DNA of 58,204 nt, the filler included, from Circinaria calcarea (taxonomy: Eukaryota), in NCBI GenBank assembly GCA_051942165.1. It is 6 parts of 6 records of this genome, joined end to end, with 100 filler letters (N's around TTAATTAATTAA, not from the genome) between each part and the next. Parts side by side here need not be neighbours in the genome. Positions count along the whole stretch, not along the records: positions 1 to 9,629 come from JAVECS010000902.1; positions 9,730 to 19,358 come from JAVECS010000903.1; 4 more parts are not named here. One strand, given 5' to 3'. The position numbers and the translations under genes are program-made. This document shows positions 1-13,050 of this stretch, one piece after another. The notes under the pieces were generated by a model that did not search any database, was not told where the DNA came from, and was given only the letters and a program-made list of their open reading frames with translations. The stretch's first letter is position 1. Each line of letters begins with the position of its first letter.

Positions 1-627
1 GGTAAAGAGGGAGAGGGAGAGAAAGCTGGTGGGGAGGCGCATGTCGGTGTGGGGAGTGTGGTAGTGATATGGGTGATTCGCAGTTGGGTTGATGGGAACA
101 GTCGCGCTGGTTATTCTCGGTATACGTTTATCGTGGAGGCCTGGCGGTACCTTATATCACTTATTTCCTCCTTTGAGTAATGGAAGGCTCCCGCTACCAA
201 GAAGTCGAGTGCATGAGAGAATTGACCGACGGGTACAACTCTGGAATGTCAGACAGCAGCAATCGCTTGTACTTGTTACACCTGATAGGCGCCGAAGCGT
301 GGCTTGTGGGGACCAAGAAAGGGTCGGAGTACTTGAATAAAGCCGCGAGGGTTTCGTCTATTCGCGCCCAGTGATCCGCTGATTATACACAAAACGAAAT
401 AGCGCCATTTGAATTTGGTAGAGATTGGGAGTGTAAACAGGAAATTGAAGGGTTATATCCAGAAATACACTAACACGACTCAAAACGAGTTATCAAATCC
501 TCCTCGGTTGCCAGCATGATTGCTTGGCGCAGCCGTACTCATATCATGCGATATCGTACGGGAAAACACCGAGAATTGATTTGAACTACAAGCCTTCTTA
601 CCCCAAATGAGAAGATCAGCAAAGAGA

Positions 628-2080
628 CTAAGCATACATCTCAATAAAACACATCAAGCCCAGTATCATGACCAGCAAGACCATAGCATCCACGGTACGA
701 TCCCGTTTATTTGCAGCACCCGTAAAGGGTGTGAGAGAACTGGCAGTAGGAACCGCGGAAACAGTCACCGAGGAATCAGGAGTCGGGACCACTCCGCTTA
801 CCTGACCAACGCCAGACTTTATCTGCCCCGGAAGGCCGTCTTCCGTAGGGGCTGCAGGATTGACAAATGTTTCGGCCTTGCTACCGACGATCAAGGCGGA
901 ACTACCGAGGGAAACGACAATGACATCGACCGTAAGAGGTGAGCAGTTAATGAGCAGTTTAGTAGAGCTCGGAGCTATGTTGTCGGAATTGACGGTTACC
1001 AAGTTCGTACCATTGTTTAATAGGTCGTTTACAGTTTTCACCATGGGATTGCTGGCTGCTCCGTTGGGGTAGCTTCCAGTGGGGATGGCGACACCATCAG
1101 TTGAAAGTGATGAGCCGTCAATGCCCGGTACGGTACGGCTGGAAATAAAACGGTTGGGGGTGGCGCTGAATGTGCTTGTGCCAACAGTGAATGGGTGATC
1201 CGTGCTTTTGGTGACTGGATCGCCGTCTCCAGTCATGGGAACATTGAAAGACTGCTCTGACACTACAGTTCAGAAGGTTGAATGTGTCTTGTATGTGAAG
1301 GGAAGACTGCGCGATTCAGGTTTACGGTTGATGTACCAATTAGCGTTGTAGAAGGGTTGTGTAGGACTTGATCTGACGAGTCCGTCTTAACTACAACAGT
1401 ATTGATTAAGCTAGATGCTTGATTCGAAGATTCTGTAGGTATTCGGACGGTCGGTTTGGTTGTACCATCATTAGACATAGGATATGAAGGAACCATGGTT
1501 GCTGAGCTGAGTTAAGTATCTGTTGTAGACTTGGGATTGCCTGTAGGTTTAGTAGTGGCTTTCGGTACTCCCGCAGGAAGTGCTCTCGTAGTAGCTGGTG
1601 TGGTTTCTGTGTGATTGGGAATAGAAGCTTGATGCCTAGGCCATTAAGTACGGTAGCTCTAGTCAGAGCGAACGGCAGATCACTAAGGATACCCCCGATA
1701 GTGGCACATGCTATCCATGCACTGTGGAAGCCATGCAGACGATCTGCCCGGTACTCTAATGATGGAAAACAGGGATCATAGGGTTTGCCAAAAGAATTAG
1801 TAGTGAAATACTGGAGACCGCCGGCCAAAAGGGCCTCGGATGAACAGGAATGCAGATCTGCGAAATTTTAGGGCTTCGTTGTCCCGTCACGTCCGAGAGT
1901 TTGGACATCCCGTTCATCGAAGGCGAGAGTCGCGTTGGGTATAACGGTGCCAGCAAAGCAGGTCGCACGCAAAGTTTCATATGCAATATATACCGAGGGA
2001 GAAGTATTAGCGAATTTAGTAGAGTCATCTAGACAGAGACAGCTGGAGCCATGCATACTATGTATATCCACTAGGACCAA
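628..2080 (-). pseudogene. Degraded Ser/Thr-rich, probably GPI-anchored cell-wall protein
   Basis: Consecutive minus-strand ORF pieces. 1868-2080 and 1406-1828 share a frame and are split by a TAA; 1263-1496 and 628-1263 lie in other frames. Together they give a Cys-containing N-terminal part, a long S/T/P-rich region and a hydrophobic tail (FTGAANKR...LLVMILGLMCF). The 5' end is uncertain. Confidence 0.55.
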
Positions 2081-2528
2081 CCAAAGTCGAAATGTTAAGC
2101 CGAGGTGCCGGTGTTGGTCAATTGATCATACGGCCTCTATTCGCTTTAAATCTCATAGTTGTAACATCATGGTGGGGCAAACACGGGCGTATAAGTTTGA
2201 TAATCTGTCTTAGTTGAATTGTATATGGAGGATACGGCGGTAAAGATGTTGCCCAAGAAGGGGGCGGAATTGCCTTCTCGTATAAAAGTGGTAGTCAGTG
2301 TCGAGGTATTCGTTGGTTTGACACTATAGTAGCGCTCAATCTAAACAGAAAGACAGTAGCTAGAAAGATTTGCCGGAGCATTGTTGAAGAAGTCACCAAG
2401 GCTGCGTATAACCGATAAGTCGACTGTTCCCAAGGACGTTGATGATAATAATGCTCTACTAGTCATCGTCCCTGTGTCATGTTCCTTCCTGATTATGTTT
2501 GATACTTCTGCAATAAACATGGTGTCAG

Positions 2529-5203
2529 TCACACTATTAGCTCCACACTCGCAGCGTCATTGGTGGCCAATACGGGCGATTCTGGAGCGGTGTCGCCCGG
2601 TGGGGGACGTAACGGATTGGTATATTCTTTCAGCGTCTTGTCGAGCAACTCTTCGTCTGTCTCTCGAGGCTCACGTTTTGGTCTACGAGGCAGACTATCA
2701 TCCTCGCTATCTTCTGACGAGACTGATATATCGAATTCTTCGAAAAGTTCCTGGACAGCGCTGAGCTGGCCTTGGTCTGGTCGTTTGGTCTCTTCGCGGA
2801 CGGGATAGCCAGGGGGATAATGCCCTTGTGCAGGACTTGTTAGCGAGTCGCTGGAGCGGTAGGATTCATCTGGCAAGCATTACATGATTAGCCACAAGTA
2901 TTAATGAGGGTTGAAGGTATACTTACCTGTACCAGTTCTGCGAATTGGCCTGGGACTGCCGAATCGGCTCCGTGAACGTCTAGGACTGGAAGGTCTATGA
3001 TCTGGAGCCGAGCTAGTGCCGTACAGCGCGTCGTCATGATTGGATTTGGGTCTCAAGTCTGAATAGCCCGGGTAGTCAGGGTAGGGAGATAGTGAAATCG
3101 GATAGGCAGTCTGGGGTCCAGACGGCGGTGGATTGCCTGAATGAGGCGCTGGATGTCGTACATATGAGTACCCAGCTGGTAGGACTGAGGGTCCCGCGAA
3201 AGACACCGATTTTGGCAAATGCCCCCGGCCTGGGCCATAGTAGATGCGGTCGACTTCGGGTTCTTGATGCGTAGAACTGTAGCGTTCCTCTCGACGACTT
3301 CTACTTCCCGAGGGTTCTGTCTTCCCTGAATATACTTGACTGTGGCGGGGCTTGTAACCACTGTTGCTGGATCTGCACCACGGAGCAGAGTCATATGTAC
3401 TGTGCCGAGATATAGATCTACGAGAACTACGAGGTTCGTAGTAGTCCTCAATATGGCGAGGCAAGACGTAGTCCTCGCGCTCTGCACTGCGGTCTCTAGG
3501 CTTCTTATTCTGTTTCAAGACAACGTAAACACCCACGACTTCTTCACGGCTACCTCGGTCAAACATGCCGCGACGATGCTTTTCGAACATGCATTCCAAG
3601 TGTAACAAAACCCACGTAACACCATTTAGGCCAGAATCGAGTTTATTATTCATATATCGGAAGATCGCATGTCGATAATCATTAGGCAATTGCGAGAACT
3701 CCTTCCAGATAGAGTTGACTTTCTTTGGGTCGTGTGCAACCGCTTCTTGCCTCTTGACTAATAATTGCAAAAGCCATTGATCTGGTATTTCAATGTTGAA
3801 ATTCTCAACAATAGGCGGCACTTCTAAAGATCGCTGGAAATAGCTGGCTTGCAAAGGAGCAATTCCTCCTTCTGCGGTTGGATCATTGAGGATATCTGGA
3901 ACGAATGTCCTGCGTGATTCATTTATAAGCGTGCTTGATGCAGAGGATTGCTGGCCCCAGCTCGATTTGCTGTCTAGGAATTAATAGATAGCTAAAAAGA
4001 AAGTTTAGGAACATACTTCCTTGCCCAGATCGACCACCGATGAGAAGATGTAGCTTTTGCTGGGCCATCGCCAGACGCAACACTTAAGGATTTGTCGCTA
4101 GCCGGGGTTAGATTCAATAAGTGTAAGTCATTGTTAACCCGCTCCTGAGGATGCAATGGTTGATGATGTCCTCGATTTGCTGAGGAGCAACCCGCTGTTT
4201 TGTCAGCTCTGCTCGCAGAGAAGATCGCTCATCCTCAATTCTTTGTCGATGAACTTCCACCTCACGTAGTTGTTGTTCCTTCCAGTTTTTTACTGCTTCC
4301 TCTTGAATGACCTTCCTCTTCACTTCTTCAGAGACTTTACTTACTTCCTCCTCCGCCTTCCATGTCTCGAAGTCACTTAGGACATCATCCATGTTTTTAT
4401 AGATCACAGGGTCATCATCATCTAGGCCCGAACTACGCTCATCATCACTGAGGCTAGTACCTGGCACATACACTCGATAAGGCACACCACTATCATCGTA
4501 CCTCCAATCAGGCTCAGGCGGTACATCGTTGGGCGACACCTGCACCGAAGGTCTGGGCCGTGATTTTCTTTGACGACTAGAGACTTGTCTTCGACGATGT
4601 TCCTTGGCCTCGCGAACTTGTCGGCGGGCCAAAGCTCGGGTTCTCTGGAGCCTCGGCAGGTTATCCGTAAACTTCTTGCGTTCGACGTTGGTCCTTCCAG
4701 ATATCAGCATGACATTGGAATTTCAGTAATATCAATTCATACCCAATTTGAGTCATGTAAGACGAGTACGCAATCATAATATCCTGCTTGATCATCTGGA
4801 GCTCCCGTCGACAAACTTCCATCTGAGGCTTGATGAACGGCCACAAAGCACGCTCAAGCTTGGAGATGTCAATTTCATCTCGGTTCACCTCGTCCGATAT
4901 GACAGAAGCTGTAGACTTCTTGAGCAATTTCCTTAACTTAGTGATAATCTTTTCGCAATCTGTTACACATTTTTTAGCATTGCGAAGACCGTCCTCGCTC
5001 CATGCTTTTGTAGTTGCGTTCTTCTCGATCAATAACCCAAGGTCGTGGAGCTGGCCGAACGTAGCACCAATATCACTAACTAGGCTCGAGATGTCGTCTC
5101 CTGCATCAGAGACATCGGATATGTAGGTGTTAAGTGCTGTAGCGAGACTGAACCCGACGTGTAATACACCGACTATGGCGCTTGCTTCGCCAATCCCGGC
5201 CAT
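2529..5203 (-). CDS. Multi-exon protein with fungal HeLo-like/STAND-associated N-terminal domain, coiled coil and low-complexity C-terminus; apparent 1-bp frameshift near 4155
   Basis: N-terminus MAGIGEASAIVGVLHVGFSLATALNTYISDVSDA...LERALWPF is typical of the Helo_like_N/SesA-type domain. Introns at ~4694-4742, ~3973-4016 and ~2872-2926 link the ORFs 4661-5203, 4114-4710, 2901-3854 and 2529-2876. Confidence 0.65.
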
Positions 5204-6351
5204 CGTGTTCGGTGCTACGTGTTGGGCTCATATATACACGCGCGAGGTAAAAACGGTTCATAAACGGAATCTCAAACGCAAGAGCTATAGACGTTTGCTG
5301 GCTGGCAGAAGCCACAGAAGACGTGCATGCGGACGAAGAGCATTTCAAAAGCAACATTACAAGAAGATTTTGAGGAACGCCGAGATAAAAGAAGAAAGGC
5401 TAGGAGTAAGCTGCCAAGCTTCTCGTATGTGAGGTCAAGCTCGTGTAACGTTACAAAGCTCGGGCTGTGTCGAAAATAGGCGAATATTGTGACTGGAGCG
5501 CATACTCCGTACCATAGAGGGGAAATAAAAATTGGGCACGCTTTTCGCTCCATATATCAGCGATCCCCTCGAGTATTCTTCCACAAATCTTGCACATACT
5601 TGTTACACACGGCATATAGAGTAGATCATAGATATATAAATATTATCACATAGTATTCCAGTAGCATTTATCATACACCCTTTCCGGTTATACCATGTAC
5701 ACCACTGAAGACGTAGTGCCCTCCCTGTAATGCTCCTCCTTTCTCGTGGGAGCGCAGTCGAAATGTGGAGGGGGTATTACCAGAATTAGGTTCAAATCTC
5801 AACAGCGCTACTCTTTTGGTGGTTCCCCCATCCTGTTTTCTCCAATTTCCAGTCGAGTTATTCGTCAAGGCCGAATGCGAATATTGCTTTACTCCTTTGT
5901 GGAGCACAACACGAAAGTATCCCTTTTTATCTGCACCTTTTCTTGCTTGCAGTGTCCCCTCGCTCATACCTAAGCGGTTCATAGCCAAAATAGTTCTTTA
6001 GGCATAAATAACCGTAAAGAACCGGCGGCGACCTTTCCTATTCGCACCTACGGAGAACTTTTAGCCTACCGACTCCACAATTACAACTTACTACACCGCA
6101 ATTCATCATTCGTAAGAGAGACCCTCGATCTAATGTCGATATGTTCGGTATTTAATTATTTCTTCACTCGTACATTTCCTTCTATAGGATATTCAACGCA
6201 TTAGGAATCATGACGTAATAACTATATATAGTTTGGTCCCCATTGTTGACGTCTATCTCTGCCCACGCTATATCTTGCTCTGCTATATAGCTGCTTGGGT
6301 ATCAACTCTTGCCGTTAACTGTCTTTTCCAACTCATCTTACCAAACCATCG

Positions 6352-7539
6352 ATGGCGGCTCCCCAATTAGATGAGCTGTCCCCGACGAACCTTGTCGGAG
6401 CTTTGCTCTTTAGCGTCTATGTTACTTCGGCCATCCTCCTGACGTGGCTCATCACCTACAACCTCTATCGTACTTATCAAGCAGCCAAGGTGGCGAATTT
6501 AAAGTCGTCGGAAAAACCAGCTCCATTCGAAGGCAAGCACCTTCACTTGTTCGCCTTGCTGGCAGCGCTCAGCTTTGCCATTCTGTCATATCATATGATG
6601 CACTTCTTACTTGTGTCATACGCGGCTTGGAGTACCCAGAGACAGACCCTTCATTCGGAGAGTTTCTCGGGTGAAGGAGGTTCCACCGTCACGGGGAAAA
6701 GTCCAGGAGCTGACATACACATTTGGCATTGGCTGAGTACTTCGACACTCTTCCTCGATTTTGCCAAGATCATCTGCCAAGACAGTGCAAAGTATTGGTG
6801 GACGCAGCAAGCACTTTTGATTACGATGGCTTGCTGCTTCTTCATGAGTATAGAAGGTGCCTCACATATTCTATTCCTCATTCTTGACTGTATTATACAT
6901 ATGGCTCTCAGAAAATGAACTTACTAAGACGTTTTATACTCCAAATCAGGGAGAAGACGACACATCCCTTATCTCTAGGCGTATCTGACCATCAGCCAAA
7001 TCCTTCCTATCTCGTTCGCGCAGAATCTCTTCTCCGTTGCAATGCTCTTACACCCTGTGCCTGGTCCCGACCATAAGCAAGGGATCCCTCGTCAATTATG
7101 GCAGATCCTGCCTCTGGCAATCTATTATATCAATCTTGTCCTTCTCCCACGCACCGTGGGCACACGGGCATTTATACCAATAATACTCGGGACACGCATT
7201 CTTCTCATCTGTCCACTACTAATATCAGAGTTCTCCAAACAAACCCCTCAAGCGATGACAAAAAGTACAGTAGAAGCCCATCGCGCGTATAGGGCAGCAT
7301 ATTGGTGCATCATCTCTTGTTCATTTGTCCTCTTTATCGGACAAACAATCATTGCGCTGAAGGACGGTACTGAAACCAGTCGAGTGGTTGCCGCGATTAA
7401 CGATCAACCGGCTGTCAGCGCCTTAGGTTGGGATTTCCTTATTAGCCTAGTTAGTTTAACCACTTGGCTCACTACCCGTGGTACTGATCTACTCTCATTT
7501 TACACCGGCCAGGCGGCAGCAAGAACCAAGGAACTATAG
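6352..7539 (+). pseudogene. Multi-pass membrane protein (conserved fungal hypothetical) with an in-frame TAG at 6976-6978
   Basis: Exon 1 6352-6856, intron 6857-6949, then exon 2 reads GRRRHIPYL*AYLTISQILPISFAQNLF and continues in frame into ORF 7042-7539. Several hydrophobic helices. Confidence 0.65.
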
Positions 7540-8746
7540 TGACAGTGTTAAGGATGTCATAGCGTCTCCAAATTAGCCTGGCAGTACGAGATCATCTTTT
7601 TCTTTTGCTTGCAGGACTAGCGATCAATTACAATGAGTGACCTTCCGTGAGCATTAAAGAAATTCTGTGGCTTGGGGACGAACATTGTGGCAACTTCAAG
7701 GAAGTGGAGTATAGAGTAGTTAAGAATCATCTCCGGAGAAACCTACCTTGTAAAGATCATGGGAGTCCTTCTTCCGCCATACAACTTGGGTGTGACCAGT
7801 AACTAGTCCAGACCTAATGTTGATCTCTCCATCGATTATGCCATTCCCCACGACCGGGCATACTACCTAAGGGTCGAGCCAAGTTCCTTCACCTTTTTAT
7901 GGTGTCTATACCTCTGCTTTTCTCATCTGCTTCTGCAAATTGATTCCAAGAGCATATCCAAGTCCTCGCTACGTTGACATGTTTTCAGGTCCAAAGGTCT
8001 CAATGTGTGCGTAGTAATGCGGCCCGTAGCTGCTCATGTTCTCTCGAAAAACGAACTCTTGGTAGAACCCGGAGAGGGAAGATACGTGGGTGTGATGGGA
8101 AATGACCTCTGGGCTGAGAGTTTAATCTGGCGAAAACCCCTTGGGAATTTGTTGTGATTGTATTGGGATTCGGAGGGCTGGCGCAAGACGATTAGGTATG
8201 GCAGGATTGCCAAGAGAAATTTTAGTGCGTTCTGAGTGGCTTAGGTATTTATCTACTCCGGATGCCTTTCACACACATTCATGGCAGCTGCAAACTCATA
8301 CTTTATCGCAGCCTTCCCCAGCTATGCCTCACCGAACAAAGTCTGATACCGGGATGGAGGGGCGGTGCTATGAAAAGCTACTCCCATGAGGCGCTCCAAT
8401 CGCAACAAGGAAAAGCTGGCACACCCCGCAGCTTACAGCCTTGATCCGCGTTGATACGCCTGCCAGTACGGAGGATTTCTCTATCAGATCTCGGGCCAGG
8501 CACCCTGTTCTCGTGAACAAGGCTCTCTTGGACGCTTCAGGTGCGGGCAGAGCCCGAATAGCCTTGCTGGTTGAGACATATATCATAAGCTGTCCACCTT
8601 CCCTCTGTACTTGAAATCCCTGACTATGGACCTCTGCTGTTGGGCATTTGTGACACCCAATTAAGGTTTCAAGCTCGAATACGTCCTTTATCAAGTACTT
8701 CTTCATCCGGCTGCGGCTTCACCCTATTAATTGTGGCTCAACATCA

Positions 8747-9629
8747 ATGGACCAGTGGGCCGTCCTCAGATATGGTTCTAGTATCGTTGTGCTAGTTAAT
8801 ATCGCCGTACGCCTACATCAATTTGGAGGCAGCGCTTGTGGCACGAACGGTAAACAATCTACCCCGGAGACAGAGCGCTATGAAAAGTTTCTTAGCGTTG
8901 CCGAGAGGGTTATCCTCTGGCCGGACTCCGATATTCTCCAGGTGCCCCAGGATCTTCGGACTGGTTTGCTAGTTGATATAGAAGCCGCCGAGCTCAATGG
9001 TCTAGATGCCCGTGGGTTCCCTGGAGGAAAAGAAGAAGCAAGGCAACAAAGGAACTACAATTTGTACTACAGGCTGTTACGCCGCTACCCCCACGATGAA
9101 CTTCTCCGAGATAGTCTGCAGCATTTGGGCTTCAATCTTTTACTTTTGAGGTTCTTAGAAGGCAGCATCGCACTGTTGGTAGCTGTCCTTTCTCCCATGT
9201 CTGAACATTAACATCAGGCATAGGTTGCAGATCCATAGGCTTGCCCCCAAACGTACTCAAGTGATGAAGGACATGTCTGAGCTGCACAAAGCACCGAAAC
9301 TAAATTCCACATTACCGCCAGCTACTGCTATCTTACCAGCTCAATATCAAACAAAGTATTCTGGTGATAGCAATCTCAATATTATACCTTCGACAAACCA
9401 AACTCTGCACTTGAACCCACAAGCTACTTCAGCAGGAGTTTTAGCGACTCGGGGTATGGATCAGTCAGACTGCGGGGGCTGTGTCTGCACATGCCGCTGT
9501 CATCTTATGGGAAAGGGCAATGCCCGTGGTATACTTTCTATCTTCTATAAATGTGACGTGCCCAGTTGCGAACGTCGGAAATACTTACTCGCTTTCAGCA
9601 TTGGATGGTATAAATTAAGGAGTTGGTGG
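8747..9629 (+). CDS. Hypothetical or degraded protein, truncated by the gap
   Basis: ORFs 8747-9211 and 9225-gap; the second has a CVCTCRCH...CDVPSC Cys motif. The joining of the two pieces is uncertain. Confidence 0.3.
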
Positions 9630-9729
9630 NNNNNNNNNNNNNNNNNNNNNNNNNNNNNNNNNNNNNNNNNNNNTTAATTAATTAANNNNNNNNNNNNNNN
9701 NNNNNNNNNNNNNNNNNNNNNNNNNNNNN
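9630..9729. other. Assembly gap with artificial TTAATTAATTAA linker
   Basis: 100-nt N-TTAATTAATTAA-N block, with stops in all six frames. Confidence 0.97.
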
Positions 9730-10078
9730 AAGACCTTTCCGGGAAGGCATCAGAGAGAACCGCGGTATGTACTGGGGTCTTATTCTAGTGTCCGGAGTCG
9801 CTTTCTCGTGCTCCACGGAATTCATACCGGAGATCAATGAGAAGATGAGGCTTGTCAAGTTCTCCAGCGCTTTCAAGATGACTATGACAACAGTCATGAT
9901 TCTGGATTATGTTGGATGTTACGTCATTGAAAAGGGACTCAAGTATGCTTTTAGCGATTACCGGCCAAAGGACATTGCTGTACGGAGGCCTGATCAAATC
10001 AAAGCGGAAGAAGCGAGAAAAGCTCTAGAGCTATCAGATGCTCAAAAAGAGAAGGAGGTGGCTAATGGCAAAGCATAG
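9730..10078 (+). CDS. SPF1: C-terminus of ER P5A-type ATPase Spf1/ATP13A1 (5' part lost in the gap)
   Basis: RPFREGIRENRGMYWGLILVSGVAFSCSTEFIPEINEKMRLVKF...DYVGCYVIEKGLKYAFSDYRPKDIA matches the recognisable Spf1 C-terminus. Confidence 0.88.
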
Positions 10079-10627
10079 CATAGACTTTCCTGTAATATAG
10101 ACGTACTGATCATGATCAATCTGGTTTGGCATAGATAGTCTGCGGACTACTCTTAAACATAGTATTTTATCAAGCTACGCTGGCATGGTCCTCTGTTGGC
10201 TGTCGCCCTTCGATCGTCGTGATAATATCACGGCACGACGTACCGACTACAAAAACCTGTTTAATGTCCCGGTTCATTGCTTGAACCTATCATATCAATA
10301 AGCTTGCTTTATCTTTTCTAATTCTACGTACAATGGATTTCACTGTAAGTTCCGGTATACTTGATATATTTATAACGGTTTCAACACGAATCGTCATCTC
10401 GATAATGCTTTTCAGCTGGTTTGTCGTTTGAGCCCATATTAGCAAGCATCGATTCGATTTCATCGGACCTTCGGCAGAAGAAGAGACTTTTTGATGGATC
10501 TTGTAACCGTTTAGTCGCTTAACAACTGACGAAGAGGATAAAGAGAAATACGGAAGAATAGCATTCCTTCAGATGGGAAGGTTTTTTATTAAAAATAGCT
10601 ATTTAGCAATTTCTATATTCAAGCTGC

Positions 10628-12868
10628 TTATCTTACACACCATTGCTGATTTACAGCTATACTTTGCGCAGTAATCCAGATGAAGTCTTTTCCAGCTAAT
10701 AACTCAGAGGGACGAGGTCTGATATAGCCTCTTTGTAAATACTGACAGAATAGAGTTCCTTCAGTTTCCCTGAGAACTGCAACGAGCACAACTTCGGACC
10801 TGTCAGAAGTATTTATAATAATTGCTGGTCGGTCTGTCTGGAAAACGAGATTTGCAAATTTCTCCATGCCTTGTGATTGCTTATACACGGCTTGTGCGGC
10901 GACTTCAGTGGCGTAACTCGTATGATAATCACTTTCTCCTAAATATGGCCAAAGGTGTTGAACTTGCCGGTTGTTTTCGGGGTCCTCGAAATAGATTCCA
11001 CGGCTTGCATCGGCCAAATGTTTTTCGGTAGATAGGTAAAACCCAGGAAATCTTACATGGAGACCTTGGCTATTGTGAATCGCAGGGGGAGCGTGTCTGC
11101 GTCTGAGTACAGTTTGACTTTTGCATGAGCTTAGAAAGGATATGGGTGCCCATCGGTAGCCATCTATTTCCAAACTCCGTCCCTTATGGAATAAGATCTC
11201 AGATGGAATTTCTTCTAGAAAAGAATAAAAAGCTTGCATTCTCTGCTCCGCTGACGACAGATCGACCAATCTCTTCACGTTTCCACCTAGAATAGATAAC
11301 AAGCACAAAGGCTCATCCATTAGGCGGCTTGTTTTACGGTATTCTAATGAGCTGGTAAGTCTGCCCAAGTTTGTGGTCATGTTTTCGGATTGCGGTATGC
11401 GGGAGAACAAGGCTCCAAGAGCTTTCTCGGAGTGGGACAGGGTCAGAATATCAGACCTCAGAAGACTATTAAAAGCAATAGGCCCATCCCGAAACTGGAG
11501 GTACAACTTCTCGCAATTGGGTCTGTTGTCGGTCAATACTGCTTCCTGTAATGTCCACAGTCTTCGCATCCAGCTGCAACAGAGGATGCGTGTTGCAAGC
11601 TCAGTGCGGCTAGCTGTACTCAAGGCCTGCTGGAGTTCCAAGTCTAGGACCAGCACTTGGTCTGCCTTCTTGTATGTCTCTGCCATCTTGGCAATAGCCA
11701 ACCTCCTATACTTCTTGAGATTCTTTGCAACTGGAACGCATAAGGTGTCGATCCAAATCATTGGCTGAGCACACCGACCAGTTGACTGAGATAGTTTGGC
11801 GACCAAATCAGTCAAGTGTTGTATCTGACAGCGTGGAAGAGAATTGGTCTTGACATTGCCTAGGCCATGCCCCCAGACATGTGAGAACGCTGTATATGCT
11901 GATGATTCAACAACTTCCAGCATGAGGCGTCCATCTTCAATGTTACAAGATGTTAATGATATCACTGGTATCTTGTCACCATTTTCGAGAATGGATGAAA
12001 CTTTCTGATCATCAACAAATACAAATGGGCAGCTAGAGAGATCCAAGCACTCTCGCGTATGCTTGGTCTTATAAGTTTGGTAGTCGACTTGATATGCGTT
12101 GCAGTCTTGTGAGGTGCATCCTGAATGGAGCTGTTCATTTGACAAACTCGGCCGCTTGAGTAAACTTGCAATGTATAAGCCAGTAGTGTCAACTAGATCC
12201 TCTAGCATAGCCACTTCGTTCAAGCACCATCCCGCTCTGTTGAAGTAATGCTTGAGTGGGTTCTGTCGGCGAAACAGCCCTACTGAAATTAGAGGAGATG
12301 ATAATAATTGCCGTAGCGGGAAGCGCCAGATCAGCATTGCTGCATTTTTCAATGTCTCTGCCATTATCAATATAGATAATAGTACCTCCATAGGTAAGGT
12401 CACCTTCCACTTTTCAGGCAATACAGAATCATGAAAATGCATAAGAAATGAATCAACTCTGATTAGTATCGCAGCTACGTGAGCCTGCTTTTCTCGGCGA
12501 CTAGTCAAGTCCTGACCTCGCTCACGATTGGCCCAGTTGTTTAGATATTGCCGCAAACGGGAAGTTGTAACAATGCGATGGTTCCCAGAGTCTCTCACAA
12601 AATCTTTAAATTCAATCTCCACCTCAGATATCCGAAACACCTCGTGTAGCATTCCAAAGAAAAGCCATGCCTGCACGAACGCTGTGATTTTCTCAGGAGA
12701 CTTATGTTCTTCATCACTCCGTACTAGTCCTCGGAGCTTGTCAATCTTCCAGCCGTTGCGCTGCGGAAAATCTAAAAAACCTCCCCGGTCATAATCATTG
12801 GTTTCGCAGAGACAGGGGACTTCCAATGGCGGGAAGGCTGAGGCTTCGATTTTTGGTAGGTGATCCAT
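10628..12868 (-). CDS. HET-domain (heterokaryon incompatibility) protein
   Basis: Intronless ORF from ATG 12868 (MDHLPK). Motifs QAWLFFGMLHE, GWC, YTAFSHVWGHGLGN, IWIDTLCVP, MAETYKKADQVLVLD, WMRRLWTLQEA, GYRWAPISFL; ends QQWCVR. Confidence 0.9.
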   Translation of the reverse strand: MDHLPKIEASAFPPLEVPCLCETNDYDRGGFLDFPQRNGWKIDKLRGLVRSDEEHKSPEKITAFVQAWLFFGMLHEVFRISEVEIEFKDFVRDSGNHRIVTTSRLRQYLNNWANRERGQDLTSRREKQAHVAAILIRVDSFLMHFHDSVLPEKWKVTLPMEVLLSILIMAETLKNAAMLIWRFPLRQLLSSPLISVGLFRRQNPLKHYFNRAGWCLNEVAMLEDLVDTTGLYIASLLKRPSLSNEQLHSGCTSQDCNAYQVDYQTYKTKHTRECLDLSSCPFVFVDDQKVSSILENGDKIPVISLTSCNIEDGRLMLEVVESSAYTAFSHVWGHGLGNVKTNSLPRCQIQHLTDLVAKLSQSTGRCAQPMIWIDTLCVPVAKNLKKYRRLAIAKMAETYKKADQVLVLDLELQQALSTASRTELATRILCCSWMRRLWTLQEAVLTDNRPNCEKLYLQFRDGPIAFNSLLRSDILTLSHSEKALGALFSRIPQSENMTTNLGRLTSSLEYRKTSRLMDEPLCLLSILGGNVKRLVDLSSAEQRMQAFYSFLEEIPSEILFHKGRSLEIDGYRWAPISFLSSCKSQTVLRRRHAPPAIHNSQGLHVRFPGFYLSTEKHLADASRGIYFEDPENNRQVQHLWPYLGESDYHTSYATEVAAQAVYKQSQGMEKFANLVFQTDRPAIIINTSDRSEVVLVAVLRETEGTLFCQYLQRGYIRPRPSELLAGKDFIWITAQSIAVNQQWCVR

Positions 12869-12994
12869 GACGTTACTGATAAGTGCACGCCTGGATTCAT
12901 AAAGTAAGTATTCTGCTATAGAAAAACTATAATAGAATAAGTGACTGCTGCGTATATGTGGTATGGAGTAAAGTGCGAAGAACTGAGAGAACGA

Positions 12995-13050
12995 TCGGGG
13001 GATCGCTGAGATATGGAGTGAAAAGCGCGCCCGATTAGCGCTGTTTTCCC
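12995..13050. repeat. 56-bp non-coding element, copy 1 (upstream of the HET gene)
   Basis: 48/56 identical, ungapped, to 17413-17468. Confidence 0.8.

Noticed and set aside
9674..9685. TTAATTAATTAA recurring five times inside N runs
   Set aside because: Artificial six-frame-stop linker, not biological; it also means clustering across gaps cannot be claimed.
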